Source: Candidatus Aenigmatarchaeota archaeon
GTDB lineage: Archaea; Aenigmatarchaeota; Aenigmatarchaeia; CG10238-14; SCSR01
Assembly (NCBI GenBank): GCA_038998335.1
Contig: JAVZHQ010000001.1
Span: forward strand, 192,001-256,000
DNA: 64,000 nucleotides
Direction: 5' to 3'
The notes beneath the pieces were generated by a model. It was not told where the DNA came from and ran no database searches. It saw only the letters and a program-made list of their open reading frames with translations. Positions 10,038 to 19,851 of this stretch are shown in pieces; the first letter of the stretch is position 1, and every line of letters starts with the position of its first letter. The position numbers and the translations under genes are program-made.

Positions 10038-10223
10038 TTATTTTTTTCTTTCCCTTCTTAAGTTATGAGTTTGCCAAGCATATTTTCTTATTTTTGAGCT
10101 TTTTCCATAGCCACAAGCAGCACAAACTTTTGTTTTAACATTATAGCTATGCCTCCCACATCTTCTACATCTTACATGAACTATTTTTCTTCTTTTACCC
10201 ATGGAGGGGGTTCCTTTTACCAT
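10038..10223 (-). CDS. rpl37e: 50S ribosomal protein L37e
   Basis: [11 protein letters not shown]...CRRCG...CAACGYG zinc finger. True start is ATG 10223. Confidence 0.96.
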   Translation of the reverse strand: MVKGTPSMGKRRKIVHVRCRRCGRHSYNVKTKVCAACGYGKSSKIRKYAWQTHNLRRERKK

Positions 10224-10284
10224 AAAAATCACTAGGCAACTCTTATTATTTATATGGACTTTTCTTAATTTTAATATAGAAAGA

Positions 10285-12591
10285 ATGAGAATAAGAGTAT
10301 TTAAATTTGTTTTTCCACTTATAATACTTTTTCTTGCAATTTCGATAGCAAAAGCTCTTGAGTATTCTTCCGCTTCTGTAAATTCTACCATAGCAGGGAA
10401 ACCAGCAGAATTTAAAGTTAAATGGTACGATCCTTCAGGTTTATCTGGTTATATTTTTTCTTTAGACAATTGTCAAGGTAGCTTTGTTAATGATAGTTTT
10501 GTTGTTCTTTCCCAAACAAAAACCTTTAACGTTTCTAGTTTAAGTGTAATTTTTGGTAATAACTTAACCTCAGACTTAAGTGCTTTAAACACACTAGGCG
10601 AAGGTTTAACTTATGACGTAGAAGAAAGCGAAACAAGTAAAGAAGAAAGACAAGAAATTTTAAAGGGGCCTTCTTATTACCTTATCACTTTAAACCCATG
10701 GACAAACCCTGAAAACGCTTTTTCTTCAGACAATTTATACGCTTACACTTCACAAAGTGGTAGTTTTCAGGATTATGGCTATAACCTTTCAATTCCTCAA
10801 GACGCAAAAATTATTTCTGTTTTTATTGGTTTCGAGGCTTATGCTTCTGGTAATGAAAGGTTAGAAATTAGTATTTCTTATGACGGTGGAAATACTTATT
10901 TAGGATATACCTTTGATTTACCTTCACAAGACCAAAACCAAACTGTATGGGTAAATTTCACTAACGCTACAGATTGGACTCCAGAAAAACTAAACGATAC
11001 AAATTTCAGAGTAAGGATAAGAAGTGTAAAAGTAGGTGCTATGCAACCAATCTATGTTGACTATCTTCCTATAAATATAACTTACTCTCTTCCACCAAAG
11101 TATCAGCTAGAAGTTTGGCATGACTCTTTACCAATAAGCTATGAAGGAATTTTAACTTCTATTTCCATAATTTTAAACTTTACTTCCACAGAAACAAAAT
11201 ACTATGATTTTGAGGCTTATAATTGGGTTTCAAGTTCATGGGTTAAAGAAGGTTGTGATTCTGGTTTAGTGTTTGCAAATTCGTCAACGATTTGGTATTG
11301 TAATTTTTCTTCTAATGTTATGAACTTTATTTCTCCTTCAGGTGGGATAAGAGTAAGGTTAAAATCTGAAGAAAGCGAGGAAAAAGCTGTTTTAAAAGAA
11401 GATTATCTTAAATTCTCTATTAGTTTTGCTCCTACAGAATCTTGGAGCACTACCACAAAAACCTTAAGCTCTACAGTAAGTTGTAAAGTTAGATGGTTAG
11501 TTTATGCAAACAATACTTTAAATGAATGGAGTAAAACTGAAATTTTCGAGTTTTTAACGGCTCAGGAAGCTTTTTGTGGAAATAACGTATGTGATTCAGG
11601 AGAAACTTGTTCTAATTGTTTGCAAGATTGTCCTTGTCCAGGCTCAACAGGATGTTGTGGAAATTCTTGCGGTTGTGAAGAAGGACAAGTTTGTGAGAAT
11701 AATGTTTGTGTAGCTTCAGCTCCTCAACCTCCTCCACCAGCTTTACCACCTTCAATTCCTGTATGTAACCCAAAAACTGATTTGAATTGTTGCATTCAAA
11801 CCTATCCTCAAGGATGTTGCGATTGCCCAAGTTTTGGTTACGTTAACTGTAGCATTTCACCTTTTAATCAAACTTTTGAGGATTGTAAAGAGTTGTGTAT
11901 GAATTTATGCCCAGGAGGATGTTCTGTTTTCTCTAATTCTTCTTCATGTTTAAACGCTGGTTGTTACTGGTGTAACGGAATTTGCCAGCAATTTGCTTGT
12001 GCAAGAGATTGTTCTGTTTTTCTTAGTCCCTCCTTATGTTTAAACGCTGGGTGTGAATGGTGCGATTCAGAATGCAAAGAGCTTTGCTTGCTTAACTGGA
12101 GTTTCGTCCTTCCTTTGAGGATAGAAACTTTTGTTGATTATGAAGTTGAAGTAACAATAAAAATCAAAAACGAAGGAGAAAAAAGTTTTAACAACGTAAA
12201 AATTCAATTAGTAAACATCTCACCTGATTTTGAGTACAAAATCTTACCAGAGTTTTACCCAAAAATTTTACCAGGAGAAACAAAAAGTTTTGTTTTAAAC
12301 ATCAAACCTAAAAAAGTTGGAAGTTATATAATAATTATAAATGTAAGCTCAGATGAGGCTTTTCACTTAGCTTATGTTGGCCTATCTTCTCAACAAGCTC
12401 CAGCTAAAAAGGAGCTTATAACTATGACTGCTTTGCTTTGGTTAGCAGTTGCTGTAATAATTGTTTTTATCATAGTTTCTTACAAGTTGTACATTAGAGA
12501 AAAAATTAAAGTTGAAGAAAAGATTCCAATCAAAAAAGTCGAAAAAGTGAAGAAAGTTAAAAAAGTTGAGAGAAAACGCAAGAAAAGATAG
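10285..12591 (+). CDS. large secreted/surface protein with Cys-rich region, CARDB/Ig-like domain and C-terminal TM anchor
   Basis: Signal peptide, many N-x-S/T sequons, about 34 Cys in about 175 aa, Pro linker, TM helix plus basic tail. Confidence 0.8.
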   Translation: MRIRVFKFVFPLIILFLAISIAKALEYSSASVNSTIAGKPAEFKVKWYDPSGLSGYIFSLDNCQGSFVNDSFVVLSQTKTFNVSSLSVIFGNNLTSDLSALNTLGEGLTYDVEESETSKEERQEILKGPSYYLITLNPWTNPENAFSSDNLYAYTSQSGSFQDYGYNLSIPQDAKIISVFIGFEAYASGNERLEISISYDGGNTYLGYTFDLPSQDQNQTVWVNFTNATDWTPEKLNDTNFRVRIRSVKVGAMQPIYVDYLPINITYSLPPKYQLEVWHDSLPISYEGILTSISIILNFTSTETKYYDFEAYNWVSSSWVKEGCDSGLVFANSSTIWYCNFSSNVMNFISPSGGIRVRLKSEESEEKAVLKEDYLKFSISFAPTESWSTTTKTLSSTVSCKVRWLVYANNTLNEWSKTEIFEFLTAQEAFCGNNVCDSGETCSNCLQDCPCPGSTGCCGNSCGCEEGQVCENNVCVASAPQPPPPALPPSIPVCNPKTDLNCCIQTYPQGCCDCPSFGYVNCSISPFNQTFEDCKELCMNLCPGGCSVFSNSSSCLNAGCYWCNGICQQFACARDCSVFLSPSLCLNAGCEWCDSECKELCLLNWSFVLPLRIETFVDYEVEVTIKIKNEGEKSFNNVKIQLVNISPDFEYKILPEFYPKILPGETKSFVLNIKPKKVGSYIIIINVSSDEAFHLAYVGLSSQQAPAKKELITMTALLWLAVAVIIVFIIVSYKLYIREKIKVEEKIPIKKVEKVKKVKKVERKRKKR
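11920..12062 (+). repeat. intragenic tandem duplication, 90-nt period (CSVF....SCLNAGCxWC)
   Basis: TGTTCTGTTTT...ATGTTTAAACGCTGG begins at 11920 and again at 12010. Confidence 0.8.
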
Positions 12592-12593
12592 TT

Positions 12594-12818
12594 TTAAACT
12601 TGCACAGGAGAAGCATAAACTATTGTATCTCCCCTGACTAATATTGTACCAAGTTTAATCTTGTTATCGTTTCTCTGAATCTCTGCTTCTTCCAACCAAA
12701 GGTTTAAATGTAAATCTAGAGCTTTCAGGACTCCTGTAATTTCCTCGCCGTTTTTCAACTTAACGAAAACTTTCTTTCCTTTTGCTTTATCTAAAGCATC
12801 TATCGGTCTTTCTGTCAT
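12594..12818 (-). CDS. Sm-like (Lsm/SmAP1) RNA-binding protein
   Basis: 'RPIDAL...VKLKNG...DLHLNL...VRGDTI'. Confidence 0.95.
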   Translation of the reverse strand: MTERPIDALDKAKGKKVFVKLKNGEEITGVLKALDLHLNLWLEEAEIQRNDNKIKLGTILVRGDTIVYASPVQV

Positions 12819-12878
12819 TTCTTTTCACTATTTAATTCAATAAGAAAATATATAAACATTAATTATATTAAAGTTATT

Positions 12879-14381
12879 GTGAAAAAACTTAAAATTACTG
12901 AGTCTATTTGTCCAGAAAATCCTTTTGAGAAGTTATCTGCAGAGCTTTTTGTCGATGATTTTAACAGAGTGATGATAAGAAAAAATTGTTTAAGCCATGG
13001 AAGTTTTGATGACGTTTACTGGTCAGATTTTGCTCAGTTTGAAAGAGCCGAAAGGTTTAGAGATTTGGGAGATGGTGTAGCTTTACCAAGGAAAATTGAG
13101 AAAGGTTGTCCTTATGATTGTGGTTTGTGCGAGAATCATAGATCAAGAACAACTTTACTGATAATTGATGTTACTAATAGATGCAACTTAACTTGTCCTG
13201 TATGTTTTGCTTATGCTGGAGCAAAGGGTTATGTTTACGAACCGAGCAAAGAACAAATAGAAAAAATTTTGGAATATGCGCAAGAAGTAAACTATCCAGT
13301 AAAGGTTAGAGCACTTCAATTTAGCGGAGGCGAACCAACAGTAAGGGAAGATTTGCCTGAGTTAATAAAATTAGCCAAACAAAAAGGTTATAAGCATGTT
13401 GAAGTCAACACTAATGGAATTGTGATAGCAAAGAAAGGAGCAGCATACATAAAAGAACTTAAAAAAGCTGGCATGAGCACTTTTTACTTACAATTTGACG
13501 GTTTAAAGCCTGAAATATACGAGAAAACAAGAGGTCTCAACTTGCTTCCGATAAAACAAAAAGTTATAGAAAGTGCAAGGGAAGCAGGTTTAGATAGTGT
13601 AGTTCTGGTTATGACTTTAGTTGGCGGAGTAAATGAAGATCAACTTGGAGAAATTATAAGATATGGAGCAAAGAATTCTGACGTTGTGAGATGCATAAAC
13701 GTTCAGCCTGTTAGTATTACTGGAAGAATAGAAAAAAATGAAAGAGAAAGAATGAGGATAACTCTTTCTGATTTCACTAGGCTATGCGAAGAACAAACTT
13801 ATGGGCAAGTTAAAAGGGAAGACTTTTATCCTGTGCCTACGATAAACATCCTTGGAAAAATTTTGAACTATTATTTAAAGGGAGGAGAAAGGTATTATCC
13901 AGAGTTTACTGCCCATCCTCATTGTGGCTTAGCAACTTTTGTTTTCACAAAAGGGGAAAAAGTAATTCCCATAACGCATTACATAGACATAGACAAGCTT
14001 TATTCTGAATTAAAAGAAAACCTTGAAAAAATAGAGAGAACAAAAGAAATTCCAAGTAAGCTTAAGCTATTTTATACTTTTCTTAAAAACGCGAAAATAA
14101 AATTCTTTTCAAAATTGCCAAAGCTTTATCCTTTATTAAAAAGTGGAAGCTATGAAGCTTCTGGGAAATTCATGAGGAGCTTGCTAATGATAGGAGGGAT
14201 GCACTTTATGGATCCTTACAACTTTGATTTAGAAAGAGTTCAAAGCTGTTGCATTCATTATGGTGTGCCTGATAAAAAGGAAAAAGCTAGGTTAGTACCT
14301 TTTTGCACTATGAATTCTATTCACAGAGAGGCTATAGAGAAAGAGTTTTCAATACCTTTAGAGAAATATAAAACAATATAA
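12879..14381 (+). CDS. tes: radical SAM tetraether lipid synthase (Tes / GDGT-MAS, MJ0619 family)
   Basis: N-terminal 'SICPE...KNCLSHG', 'CPYDCGLCENH', CxxxCxxC 'CNLTCPVC', 'HPHCG', 'MHFMDPYNFDLERVQSCCIHY...VPFC'. Confidence 0.88.
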   Translation: MKKLKITESICPENPFEKLSAELFVDDFNRVMIRKNCLSHGSFDDVYWSDFAQFERAERFRDLGDGVALPRKIEKGCPYDCGLCENHRSRTTLLIIDVTNRCNLTCPVCFAYAGAKGYVYEPSKEQIEKILEYAQEVNYPVKVRALQFSGGEPTVREDLPELIKLAKQKGYKHVEVNTNGIVIAKKGAAYIKELKKAGMSTFYLQFDGLKPEIYEKTRGLNLLPIKQKVIESAREAGLDSVVLVMTLVGGVNEDQLGEIIRYGAKNSDVVRCINVQPVSITGRIEKNERERMRITLSDFTRLCEEQTYGQVKREDFYPVPTINILGKILNYYLKGGERYYPEFTAHPHCGLATFVFTKGEKVIPITHYIDIDKLYSELKENLEKIERTKEIPSKLKLFYTFLKNAKIKFFSKLPKLYPLLKSGSYEASGKFMRSLLMIGGMHFMDPYNFDLERVQSCCIHYGVPDKKEKARLVPFCTMNSIHREAIEKEFSIPLEKYKTI

Positions 14382-14413
14382 GTTTATTTGACAAAAGGAT
14401 TTAAGTGGTATTT

Positions 14414-14800
14414 ATGGCACTTTGGCATGGAGAAAGAGGAAGAAAACCTACAGGAGGGCTAATTAAAGTAGCTAGAAAAAAGAAGAAGTATGAGCTTGGA
14501 AGCTTACCTACTTTTACAAAAGTAGGAAAAGAAAAAAGGGAAAAAGAAAGAGTGAGAGGAGGGGGAATAAAAATAAGAGCTTTTTCTGTAGAATTTGCTA
14601 ACGTTTTTGACCCTAAAACAAAAACTGCGAAAAAGGTTAAGATTTTAGACGTTCTGGAAAATAAGGCAAACCCACACTTTGTAAGAAGAGGTATAATCAC
14701 TAAGGGTTGTGTAATTAAAACTGAAATAGGAAAAGCAAAAGTTACTTCTCGGCCAAGTCAAGATGGAATAGTTAATGCTATACTGCTGGAAGAAGGATAG
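14414..14800 (+). CDS. rps8e: 30S ribosomal protein S8e
   Basis: 'RKPTGG...RVRGG...NPHFVRRGIITKG...TSRPSQDG'. Confidence 0.97.
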   Translation: MALWHGERGRKPTGGLIKVARKKKKYELGSLPTFTKVGKEKREKERVRGGGIKIRAFSVEFANVFDPKTKTAKKVKILDVLENKANPHFVRRGIITKGCVIKTEIGKAKVTSRPSQDGIVNAILLEEG

Positions 14801-14831
14801 TTATTTATTTATTTGAAATTTAATCTTAATT

Positions 14832-15410
14832 ATGCCTTTTGGTCTTATCGAAAGATTAAGAAGGAAAGATAGTTCGGAAGAGTTTTCTAAGATTGAGAAA
14901 ACTGAATATAAGTCAACACTTAACAATTTGTTAAATGAATTATATACTACAGTAAAAAATTGGAAAAAGGAAATAAGCGAAAGGGGTTACATTCCTTCTC
15001 AACAAGAAAAAATATACTTGCAAGATTTGATGACAACTACCCGTAAAGCTTCTCGAGTTGCTTTTAATCTAGGCGATCAAAAGCTTCAAGATTTGCTATT
15101 AAGCCTTTATGTGAATCTTAAACAACTACCTTCTGCTAAGCATGTTGAGACTGTAAAAGAGATAGAAAAGGCTGTTGAAAAAATAATGGAACATTACAAG
15201 AAAAAACATAAAATAGAAGAAGAAAAACTAAAGAGCGAGATTCCGGGAATGTTTGTAGTTTTGCTCATTTCTTTTCTTTTGTTCTTATTTGTTTCTTACG
15301 GAAGTTTTTCCTCAGGATATTTTGTTAAATCTTCTGATTTGATTTCAATTTCTTTGGTTTTTTCTTTTCTTCTTGCTTTTTCTGTGATTTTACTTTTAAG
15401 AAATTTATGA
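14832..15410 (+). CDS. hypothetical protein with two C-terminal TM helices
   Basis: Helical soluble N-terminus, hydrophobic C-terminus. Confidence 0.7.
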   Translation: MPFGLIERLRRKDSSEEFSKIEKTEYKSTLNNLLNELYTTVKNWKKEISERGYIPSQQEKIYLQDLMTTTRKASRVAFNLGDQKLQDLLLSLYVNLKQLPSAKHVETVKEIEKAVEKIMEHYKKKHKIEEEKLKSEIPGMFVVLLISFLLFLFVSYGSFSSGYFVKSSDLISISLVFSFLLAFSVILLLRNL

Positions 15411-15419
15411 ATTTTTTAG

Positions 15420-15448
15420 ATGTTAGACGTCTAACAAGAAACTACTTT
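15420..15448. repeat. left 29-bp inverted repeat containing palindrome TGTTAGACGTCTAACA (15421-15436)
   Basis: ATGTTAGACGTCTAACAAGAAACTACTTT, the exact reverse complement of 17114-17142. Confidence 0.95.
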
Positions 15449-16998
15449 ACCACGAGCTTTATTATTTCTTTTACATCTCCATAAACAACTTTTTGTTTAC
15501 AAAATCTTGTTAAGTAATAAGCGGCTTTTGCAGAATTTGTAGCTGTTGTCTTATAACCTATATCTTCAATTGGAGCGACAATCATACAAGTATCACAGAA
15601 AACTTTACCTCCGGCATCTTCTATTGTAAGAGTATAACCAAGATTGTCGGCTTGCATCTTGACATCTCTAGAAGTGCAGACCCAAAGGTCGACTCCATCT
15701 CTAATCTTTTTACCAAAAAGATATTTTGATATTGTTTTTATTTCATCAAGAGAAGAATGTGGACAACCAAATGCAACTAAATCAACATCTTTTTCTTCAC
15801 CTGTATTTAATTTTTCTTTTGTAGATTTAAGATCTATTTCTTCAAAAAATAGTGTGTCCTCTATTCTGTCTAAAAAAATACTCTTTCTCACCGCTTCAGG
15901 AGTAATGCCCTCTACGTGAAAGAGAGCTAATGATCCTGAGGCTGCACCTGCCGCACCTAAAGCTTTTAATCTTTCTAAAAATGGAATCTCAGCTATTCCG
16001 TGATAGAGTGATCGAAAATTCAAGCTCGGAGAACTTTTTTTAATTCCACTTATGTAGGGGATTTTATCTTTAATCTTTTCACCAAGCCAATATCCAAAAG
16101 TAGCAAAATCATTTATGGTTTTTAGATTTGCTTCAACTTTTATTTTTATGTTCGGATTTCTGTTTTCATCTAGATGTAAACCATATACCGGAGCAAAACC
16201 TGCTATAGCATAGAATAGAGCGCTCAAACCTTCTCTATTAGTTCTTAAACCAAGAACTGAATTAGCATAAACCACAGCGGAACTCTCGGCCCAGTGTAGA
16301 TTAACATTACCAAAGCTTTTCAACCTTGATATCAAAGAGTATATTCTCGGCAAATGATAAGGTGTGCAAGTGCAAGTGATCATGGCTCCCATTTTTTCAT
16401 AGGCCTTGATTATTCTAATCTGTTTTTCTGCAAAATCTTTAGGAACTCTTTGTTCCCTCCATCTAGTAAGGTCCATTCCAGCTGGGTTGAGCATCGAGAG
16501 TTGATTAACTCTGAAATCTTCTGCAAGATCTTCTATAAGATTTAAGCCAGCGTCTGTTATGGTTTTGTAGGAAACGCCAGATATCTGCTTTGGTAGATTT
16601 TTAGTTTCGATAAATTCGTCGGTTTCATATAATTCTGCAATCTTGACCAACTTTTCTTTTATTTCTTCAGATAAATTCAACTTCTCTATCTTGTCTATAT
16701 CTACTTTTTGTGGTTTCCAACCAGAAATCTCAAACGGAATTTTTCCAAATATAGCACCCCATATCGTAATAGCATCATCTTTATTTTCAATTATAATCTT
16801 TTTAGGAGCAAAACCTCTTTTTGCTAAACTGTATATTTTATAACTACCAACTGTAGAACCTATGGAACCAGGAATATGCAACTCTTTTCCGGCAATGTTC
16901 TGGCCATTGAGCTCATGATCTTTTTGTATCACATTCCCGTTTAAATCTACACCATCAAGCCAAGAAATTGGTTGACTAGTTTTTAAAATTTCCATCAC
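15442..16998 (-). CDS. aconitase X, fused swivel (DUF126) + catalytic (DUF521) subunits; probable phosphomevalonate dehydratase
   Basis: N-terminal 'PISWLDGVD...GSTVGSY' is the small subunit. 'QISGVSYKTITDAG', 'TCTPY', 'WAESSA', 'GCPH', 'DTC', 'TNSAKAAYY' are large-subunit motifs. Confidence 0.88.
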   Translation of the reverse strand: MMEILKTSQPISWLDGVDLNGNVIQKDHELNGQNIAGKELHIPGSIGSTVGSYKIYSLAKRGFAPKKIIIENKDDAITIWGAIFGKIPFEISGWKPQKVDIDKIEKLNLSEEIKEKLVKIAELYETDEFIETKNLPKQISGVSYKTITDAGLNLIEDLAEDFRVNQLSMLNPAGMDLTRWREQRVPKDFAEKQIRIIKAYEKMGAMITCTCTPYHLPRIYSLISRLKSFGNVNLHWAESSAVVYANSVLGLRTNREGLSALFYAIAGFAPVYGLHLDENRNPNIKIKVEANLKTINDFATFGYWLGEKIKDKIPYISGIKKSSPSLNFRSLYHGIAEIPFLERLKALGAAGAASGSLALFHVEGITPEAVRKSIFLDRIEDTLFFEEIDLKSTKEKLNTGEEKDVDLVAFGCPHSSLDEIKTISKYLFGKKIRDGVDLWVCTSRDVKMQADNLGYTLTIEDAGGKVFCDTCMIVAPIEDIGYKTTATNSAKAAYYLTRFCKQKVVYGDVKEIIKLVVK

Positions 16999-17113
16999 TT
17001 AGCTCCCCTTCTTCTTAAAGCATATTTTACTTCATAACACTATCTCACTAGTGTTTCTGAATTACATTAAGCCAAAAAAGGGACCTTAATATTAATTAAA
17101 AATAAAGTATAAA

Positions 17114-17142
17114 AAAGTAGTTTCTTGTTAGACGTCTAACAT
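17114..17142. repeat. right 29-bp inverted repeat containing palindrome TGTTAGACGTCTAACA (17126-17141)
   Basis: AAAGTAGTTTCTTGTTAGACGTCTAACAT. Confidence 0.95.
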
Positions 17143-17176
17143 AATTCTTTTTTTTAATTCAAAAGAATTAAATTTT

Positions 17177-17926
17177 ATGATCGATGTTCATTGCCATCTT
17201 GAACAAGAAGATTTCTCACAAGATAGAGATAAAGTTATAGAAGAGTGTAAAAAAGAGTTGAAAGCAATAATTACTTGTTGTGCTCATCCAAAAGATTTTG
17301 ACTTAACTTTAAGTTTAATTGAAAAATACAAAGGTTTTGTTTTTGCTTGTGTAGGGATTCATCCTGAGTACATAAAAGAAATTTCTGAAGAAGAAAAAAA
17401 TAATTTTATTGAAAAGATTAAAGCAAATAAAGATAAAATTGTTGGTATCGGAGAAACAGGCCTAGATTTTTTCTGGATTAAAGAAGAAAATTTCCAAGAA
17501 AAACAAAAAGCTCTTTTTGTTGAGTTAATAAATCTTGCAAAAGAATTAAACTTGCCTTTAATAATTCATTCAAGAGAGGCTTATGAAGAAGCAGTAAAAA
17601 TTCTTGAGAAAGAAGATGCAAAAAAAGTTTTGCTCCATATGTTTGGTGAAAATCATTTGGCTAAAAGAATAGTTGAGAATGGATGGTTTGTTTCTATGAA
17701 TACTATTGTTCTTAAAAGCAAGAAGCATAAGAAAGTTGTTAGAGATGTACCTTTAGAAAGAATAATGCTAGAAACAGATTCACCTTGGCTTGGTTTTGGA
17801 AAAAGAAACACTCCTTTGAGCGTGAAAAACGTTGCAGAAAAAATAGCAGAAATAAAAAAAGTTAGTTTTGAAGAAGTAAAAAAAGTAACAACAGATAATG
17901 CGATAAATTTTTTTAATTTATTTTAA
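17177..17926 (+). CDS. tatD: TatD family nuclease
   Basis: 'IDVHCHL', 'GIHP', 'GETGLD', 'IHSR', 'ETDSPWL'. Confidence 0.93.
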   Translation: MIDVHCHLEQEDFSQDRDKVIEECKKELKAIITCCAHPKDFDLTLSLIEKYKGFVFACVGIHPEYIKEISEEEKNNFIEKIKANKDKIVGIGETGLDFFWIKEENFQEKQKALFVELINLAKELNLPLIIHSREAYEEAVKILEKEDAKKVLLHMFGENHLAKRIVENGWFVSMNTIVLKSKKHKKVVRDVPLERIMLETDSPWLGFGKRNTPLSVKNVAEKIAEIKKVSFEEVKKVTTDNAINFFNLF

Positions 17927-18537
17927 GCAATTGATAGAGTTTCTTCGCTAATTTCAAGAGTTAAAGGTTTAGACATAAAAGTAAACTTTTCTAAGTCCTT
18001 ATGGCTTCCACACCATTTCGTTACTGCTTCATAAACTTCAGAACTTCTTTTAGAAATTTGATTAACATAAAGTCTAAGCGAACCTAACTCTTTTTCAAAC
18101 TTCTCCTCAAATTTTTTACATGGCAAACCTTTTTCGTAAGCATGTTTTTTTAAATTGTTTTTCATAGACTCAAAGTTATGAACATAAAATGCAAATCTTC
18201 TACCGTGAAATAGTTCATAATTTATAACTCCTATATCTCTTAGGTCGTCCATTCCCTTAGGCCCTTTACCTGCCCCACATATATCATATAATTCCCTAGC
18301 TCCGTAAACGTTGAAAACTATAGGAAACATTTCTCTTGCAGAAAAAGTTAATCTAAATCCTTGCTTCAAAAGAAATTCTCTTATATAATAACCGCAACTA
18401 TAACCTATTATTGCTTCTTCTTTACTTTGAGCAAAGAAAGGATTCCCAACTTTAAACAAGTGATCGATTCTTATTCTTTCTCCAGGAAAGTTTCTTTTTA
18501 AATCGTTATTTATTTTTCTTTCAGTAAGAAACTCCAC
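17923..18537 (-). CDS. hypothetical protein
   Basis: 204-aa ORF with GTG start; no recognised motif. Confidence 0.65.
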   Translation of the reverse strand: MEFLTERKINNDLKRNFPGERIRIDHLFKVGNPFFAQSKEEAIIGYSCGYYIREFLLKQGFRLTFSAREMFPIVFNVYGARELYDICGAGKGPKGMDDLRDIGVINYELFHGRRFAFYVHNFESMKNNLKKHAYEKGLPCKKFEEKFEKELGSLRLYVNQISKRSSEVYEAVTKWCGSHKDLEKFTFMSKPLTLEISEETLSIA

Positions 18538-18591
18538 AATTAAGTTTAAAGTAAAGTAATCTTTATAAATTTTGACTTCAACTTTTAACCT

Positions 18592-19851
18592 ATGAAAGAG
18601 AAACCTACAGTAATAGCCCCTGTAAAAGGAAAAGGCACAAGACTTTATCCTCTTACTTTGGATGACTCTAAATCTTTAGTAGGAATAGCTAACCAGCCAA
18701 CTTTAGAAAGAATATTTGAAAACTTAGCTCTTTATGGTTGCAGAAATTATTGGATAATTGGGGAGTATGAGCTTTACTTTTACTTTAGGAGAGGTGAAAG
18801 CTTTTCAAAAAGACTTGACTTAAAACCTGAAGCTATTTTTAACTACTCTACTGAAGATGATTTTGGTAATGCTGACGGGACAAGAAGACTTTTAGAAAAA
18901 GAGGATATAGAAGGAAATGTGCTTATAATAGGAGGAGATAACTTAACTGACATAAACGTTGATCAAATGCTTAAGTTTCATGAGAATAACGATTCAGATT
19001 TTACTGTAGCACTGGCAGAAGTTAAAGATGTTACAAAGTATGGTATAGCTAAGCTAGACGGTAATAGAATTTGTGAGTTTTTAGAAAAACCTAAGCCCGA
19101 AGAAGCTCCTTCTAATCTAGGAAGTATGTTTTGTTATCTAGGCAAAGCAAAAGTTCTTAAAGAATTTCTAGAAAAGAATAAGGACCTTACAGATTTTGGT
19201 TCTCAAGTAATACCAAAAATGGTAAAGGAGTGTAGAGTTTATGGCTATGTTCACAAAGGTTATTGGAAGGATATAGGAAATCCAGAAACTTTACTCCAAG
19301 CTTCTATAGATGTTTTGAACGGTAAAGTTGGAAAAATTGGAGAAAGGATTCATCCTTCAAGCAAAAATAAAATAGGGAAAAATGTGGAAATGGATAATGT
19401 GCTTATAGGGGCAAATGTAAGAGTTGGTAATAACGTCAAGCTAAAAAATGTTTGTATAGAAGATAACTGTATAATAGAAGATGGAGCTGAGATAGAAGAT
19501 TCTGTGCTTTATTTTGCAGCAAGAGTTGGTGAGAAAACTAAAGTAAAGAAATCTATTGTTGGAAGGTTTGCTTACACAGGAAAAAGAAGCGAAATAGGAG
19601 GTTATAATATAGATAAAGTTTCTGTAGTAGGAAATAATGTAAAAATGGGTGATGAATGGATAATATGGGAAGGTGAGCTTTTAGCTACATATTCTCCGCA
19701 AAATATGAGGAAGATTAAAAAAGCAACTTTAAACAACCAAGACTTGTATAAAATTGTTAACGTGGATAATGACATTATATTCTTTGTTAACAGAAAAACT
19801 CTTTACGAAGATTATAAAGGAATGCCTCCTCCTGTTTTCAAAAGGGTTTAG
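18592..19851 (+). CDS. sugar-phosphate nucleotidyltransferase with hexapeptide (LbH) repeats
   Basis: 'GKGTRLYPLT...K', 'GGDNL', 'FLEKP', 'YWKDIG', C-terminal hexapeptide repeats. Confidence 0.9.
   Translation: MKEKPTVIAPVKGKGTRLYPLTLDDSKSLVGIANQPTLERIFENLALYGCRNYWIIGEYELYFYFRRGESFSKRLDLKPEAIFNYSTEDDFGNADGTRRLLEKEDIEGNVLIIGGDNLTDINVDQMLKFHENNDSDFTVALAEVKDVTKYGIAKLDGNRICEFLEKPKPEEAPSNLGSMFCYLGKAKVLKEFLEKNKDLTDFGSQVIPKMVKECRVYGYVHKGYWKDIGNPETLLQASIDVLNGKVGKIGERIHPSSKNKIGKNVEMDNVLIGANVRVGNNVKLKNVCIEDNCIIEDGAEIEDSVLYFAARVGEKTKVKKSIVGRFAYTGKRSEIGGYNIDKVSVVGNNVKMGDEWIIWEGELLATYSPQNMRKIKKATLNNQDLYKIVNVDNDIIFFVNRKTLYEDYKGMPPPVFKRV

Noticed and set aside
10224-10391. N-terminal extension of L37e and mutual overlap with the surface protein
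   Set aside because: Artefact of longest-ORF calling; the plausible starts are 10223 (-) and 10285 (+).
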